This document shows positions 61,566 through 64,000 of a DNA stretch of 64,000 nt, in pieces. The notes beneath the pieces are model-generated. The model worked only from the letters and a program-made list of their open reading frames with translations. It did no database searches and had not been told where the DNA came from. The translations under genes and the position numbers were made by a program. Each line of letters opens with the position of its first letter. Position 1 is the stretch's first letter. The stretch is from Alphaproteobacteria bacterium (lineage in GTDB: Bacteria; Pseudomonadota; Alphaproteobacteria; UBA828), in assembly GCA_965221125.1 (NCBI GenBank), contig CBDCRW010000003.1, positions 462,682 to 526,681 on the forward strand, read 5' to 3'.

Positions 61566-62048
61566 ATGGCGGACAACGACTCGTGGCGCGGCAAGGTCGG
61601 CGGCATGACCGACGAAGAAGTCGACGAATTCCTCAAGGGGCCCCACCTCTGCCGGCTCGCCTGCCTCGACGAGGAGGGTTGGCCCTATATCGTGCCGCTC
61701 TGGTACCAGTACGCCGACGGCGGCTTCTACGTCGTTCCCCGCGCGCGCTCGATCTGGGCCAGGCACATCCAGCGCGACCCCCGCGTCCACCTCTGCGTCG
61801 ACATCTGGGAGACGATGCAGAAGGTGATGGCGCGCGGCCGGGCCGAGATCGTCGAGGAGGCCAACGTCGGCGGCAAGTGGGTCCAGGTCGCGACCGAGAT
61901 GTCGCTGCGCTACCTCGGCGAGAACGGCCCCAAGTACCTGGAGCCCACGCTGGTCGAGCCCCGCTGGCTGATCTTCCTGAAGCCCGATTCGCAGCTGACC
62001 TGGCAGGGCGTGGACTGGGCCGAGCGCTACAAGCACGCCAAGTGGTGA
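61566..62048 (+). CDS. PPOX-family (pyridoxamine 5'-phosphate oxidase fold) protein
   Basis: ATG at 61566 after AAAGGAGAAG. 160 aa with a split-barrel pattern (LCRLACLDEEGWPYIVPLWY). Divergent from the F420 operon. Confidence 0.7.
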   Translation: MADNDSWRGKVGGMTDEEVDEFLKGPHLCRLACLDEEGWPYIVPLWYQYADGGFYVVPRARSIWARHIQRDPRVHLCVDIWETMQKVMARGRAEIVEEANVGGKWVQVATEMSLRYLGENGPKYLEPTLVEPRWLIFLKPDSQLTWQGVDWAERYKHAKW

Positions 62049-62147
62049 CGTCCGCCGGCGGCACGCCCCGGCCCTAGGCGCGCCGCCCTTGGGCGCGCCG
62101 ACACGCGCGGGCGCGCGCGACCACCTCGGCACCCTCTCACCCAGGCC

Positions 62148-63134
62148 ATGACCGACGCGGGGGACGCGCCCTCGGGCACGGCGCGAGCCGGCACGGCTCA
62201 ACCCGGCACGGCTCAGACCGGCACGGCCGAGCCGAGCGCGCCCAGGGTGGGCGCGCTCGCCGTCGCCTACCTGCTGTTCGCGGGCGCGCTCTACGGCCTG
62301 CTGTTCTCGATCAACAAGGTGGCGACGACCAACGGCGTGCCGGGCCTCGCTTACGTGTTCTGGCACACGCTGGGCGCGGGCCTGCTCCTCGGGCTGGGCT
62401 GCCTCGCGACCCGCACGCCGGTCGGGCTCGACCGCGCGCACCTGCGCCTCTACGTCGTGGCCGGCGCGCTCGGCATCTCGATCCCCGTCTCGCTGCTCGC
62501 CCACGTCGCGCCCAGGCTGCCGGCGAGCCTCGTGGTCATGGTCACCTGCCTATCGCCGACCTGCACCTACCTGATGGCGATGGCGCTCCGCATGGAGCGC
62601 TTCCGGCTGCTCAGCACGGGCGGCGTGGCGCTCGGGCTCGCCGGAATCCTGATCCTGGTGGTGCCGGGCATCACGCTGCCCAACCTCACGCAGGTGAGCT
62701 GGCTGCTGCTGGCGATGCTGGCGCCGGTCTGCTTCGCGTCCTTCAACATCGTGGGCGCGATCCTGTGGCCGCCCAAGGCGCACTCGCTCGGGCTCGCCTG
62801 CGGCATCCAGATGGGCGGCGCGGTCGTGCTCGTCCCCTTTATGCTCGGCACGGGCGAGACCTACCTCTTCCCCGGCTCGCTGCTGGCCGGCGACCTCGCG
62901 ATCCTCGGCGCGACCGGCGTCACCGCGCTGGTGTGGTATCTCATCTTCGAGATCCTCCGGCTCGGCGGCCCGCTCTTCCTCTCGCAATTCGGCTATATCG
63001 TGGTGCTGACGGGATTCGGCTGGGGCGCCGTGATCTTCGGCGAGCGCCTGAGCAGCGCGGCCTGGATCGCGGCCGCCCTCCTGCTGGCGGGGCTCGCGGT
63101 GCTCACCTGGTCCAAGCGCCGAATCCGTTCGTAG
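62148..63134 (+). CDS. DMT-superfamily (EamA-like) transporter
   Basis: 328 aa with about 10 TM in two EamA-like halves. The N-terminal tail carries four GTAxx pentapeptide repeats. Confidence 0.8.
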   Translation: MTDAGDAPSGTARAGTAQPGTAQTGTAEPSAPRVGALAVAYLLFAGALYGLLFSINKVATTNGVPGLAYVFWHTLGAGLLLGLGCLATRTPVGLDRAHLRLYVVAGALGISIPVSLLAHVAPRLPASLVVMVTCLSPTCTYLMAMALRMERFRLLSTGGVALGLAGILILVVPGITLPNLTQVSWLLLAMLAPVCFASFNIVGAILWPPKAHSLGLACGIQMGGAVVLVPFMLGTGETYLFPGSLLAGDLAILGATGVTALVWYLIFEILRLGGPLFLSQFGYIVVLTGFGWGAVIFGERLSSAAWIAAALLLAGLAVLTWSKRRIRS

Positions 63135-63139
63135 ATGTG

Positions 63140-63285
63140 GAGCGCGTCCGTCCTTGACGGACGCGCGACAGGCCGCGACAGCGGCCCGCCGCGTATGCGG
63201 CGCGCCCGCGCAGGCGGCGACCGAAGGTCGCCTGCCATGAGCGATAAAGAATCTAGAGCGTTTCCGCGAAAGCGAAAACGCTCTA
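63140..63285 (+). repeat. family-A mosaic palindromic repeat, copy 3
   Basis: Hairpin GCGCGTCCG-TCCTTGA-CGGACGCGC (63142-63166). 63158-63216 is identical to 724-782. Hairpin GCGACC-GAAG-GTCGC follows. Then ATGAGCGATAAAGA and terminal hairpin AGAGCGTTTCCGCGAAAGCGAAAACGCTCT (63255-63284). Confidence 0.85.
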
Positions 63286-63627
63286 ACCCGCGCAGTCCAC
63301 GCAGCGGGCGATGGTCGGGTCGATGGCGAGGCGCTTCGCCGGAATGCGCTCGCCGCAGTCCACGCAATAGCCGTACTCGCCCGCATCGAGGCGGCGCAAC
63401 GCCGCAGCGATGAGCGGCAGGCGCGCGCGGCGGCGGGCCTCCACGCTCTGCGCCATCGCCTGCACCTGCATGGCGTCCATGCGCGAGACGCGGCCGACGC
63501 TCTGCTGATCGAGCGCGACCGGGCGTCTCTCGTCGGCCGCAGCCTCGCTCAGCGCCAGCAGCTCGGCCCGCTCCTTCTCAAGGATCTGCCTGATCTTCTT
63601 CGGATCGCGGGTGGGGCGGGCGGTCAT
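63283..63627 (-). CDS. DksA/TraR-family C4 zinc-finger protein
   Basis: ATG at 63627 (MTARPTRD). The C-terminal CVDCGERIPAKRL...CVDC four-Cys finger is present. 114 aa. Confidence 0.8.
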   Translation of the reverse strand: MTARPTRDPKKIRQILEKERAELLALSEAAADERRPVALDQQSVGRVSRMDAMQVQAMAQSVEARRRARLPLIAAALRRLDAGEYGYCVDCGERIPAKRLAIDPTIARCVDCAG

Positions 63628-63789
63628 GGTCGGCACGAAGGCATCACGAGGACGATTGTAGACGATCGGGCGGGGCAATCGAAGGCGGCGTGCGGACGCG
63701 GGCGTTCCGATCGGCCTCCGGGCGCCGCGCTTGACGCGCTCGGCCGCTCCGCCGCACCCTGCAAGCGAAGGGAATTACGGGGAAAGCCG

Positions 63790-64000
63790 ATGGCGAGCGG
63801 GGCAGTCGTGGTCACCGGGGCGGCCGGGCTGATCGGATTCGGCGTAGCCTCCCGCCTTGCGCGGGCGGGGCGCGCCGTGATCGGCACGGACCGCATCCAG
63901 CCGCGGGAGGATGGCGGCTTCCCGTCAACGGATGCGGAGCTCACCGACGTCCACAAGCTGCACGCCATCTGCGACCGCGAAATTGCGGCCATCGTCCATT
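63790..64000 (+). CDS. NAD-dependent epimerase/dehydratase family protein (3' end outside window)
   Basis: ATG at 63790 (MASGAVVVTGAAGLIGFGVASRL), a Rossmann TGxxGxxG motif. The frame is open to the window end. It is absent from the ORF track because no stop is reached. Confidence 0.6.
   Translation, partial: MASGAVVVTGAAGLIGFGVASRLARAGRAVIGTDRIQPREDGGFPSTDAELTDVHKLHAICDREIAAIVH

Noticed and set aside
63135-63413. 92-aa ORF starting MWSASVLDG and containing MSDKESRAFPRKRKRSNP
   Set aside because: It is encoded entirely by repeat A copy 3 plus the antisense of the DksA-like gene. The related sequence in copy 2 has a GTG and in copy 1 is degenerate, so this is an element-derived pseudo-ORF.

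Overview
High-GC alphaproteobacterial chromosomal window. The eno-ftsB-pdhABC-lpd-lipA and ccmABC/acnA gene order looks Hyphomicrobiales/Rhizobiales-like, which is an inference. I call about 60 protein-coding genes and found no rRNA, tRNA or CRISPR array by eye. Left part (1-15 kb): accA (partial), ccmCBA, acnA, an acyl-CoA ligase, a DMGDH-like flavoprotein, two peroxiredoxins, and an mnmA-rnd-FGase operon. Middle part (15-42.5 kb): an accessory carbohydrate/sugar-acid block. It holds two CUT2-type monosaccharide ABC systems, one CUT1-type system, an SDR, an orphan PxpB/KipI-like gene, a def paralog, a ribokinase-like kinase, a TIM-barrel isomerase, a short GntR regulator, a two-subunit GMC dehydrogenase, an enolase-superfamily enzyme, a GATase/RraA pair and an SMP-30 lactonase. 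Right part: an NDUFS4-like gene, GST, an amidase, ratA-like, lipA, lpd, pdhCBA, ftsB and eno. Then come a 0.9-kb low-GC islet carrying one DUF4238-like ORF, parC-recO, and a 600-bp gene-free repeat-rich spacer. An F420 cluster follows (LLM oxidoreductase, PPOX, cofE, cofD, plus a divergent PPOX), then an EamA transporter, a DksA/TraR zinc finger and a partial epimerase. The best candidate for something new is the low-GC single-gene islet at 53.6-54.5 kb, a possible standalone defence gene read through from parC. Next are two families of structured dispersed repeats. One family is TA-flanked and MITE-like, abuts or supplies stop codons, and probably supplies the cofD start. All functional calls come from reading the supplied translations and recalled family motifs; no database search was run.
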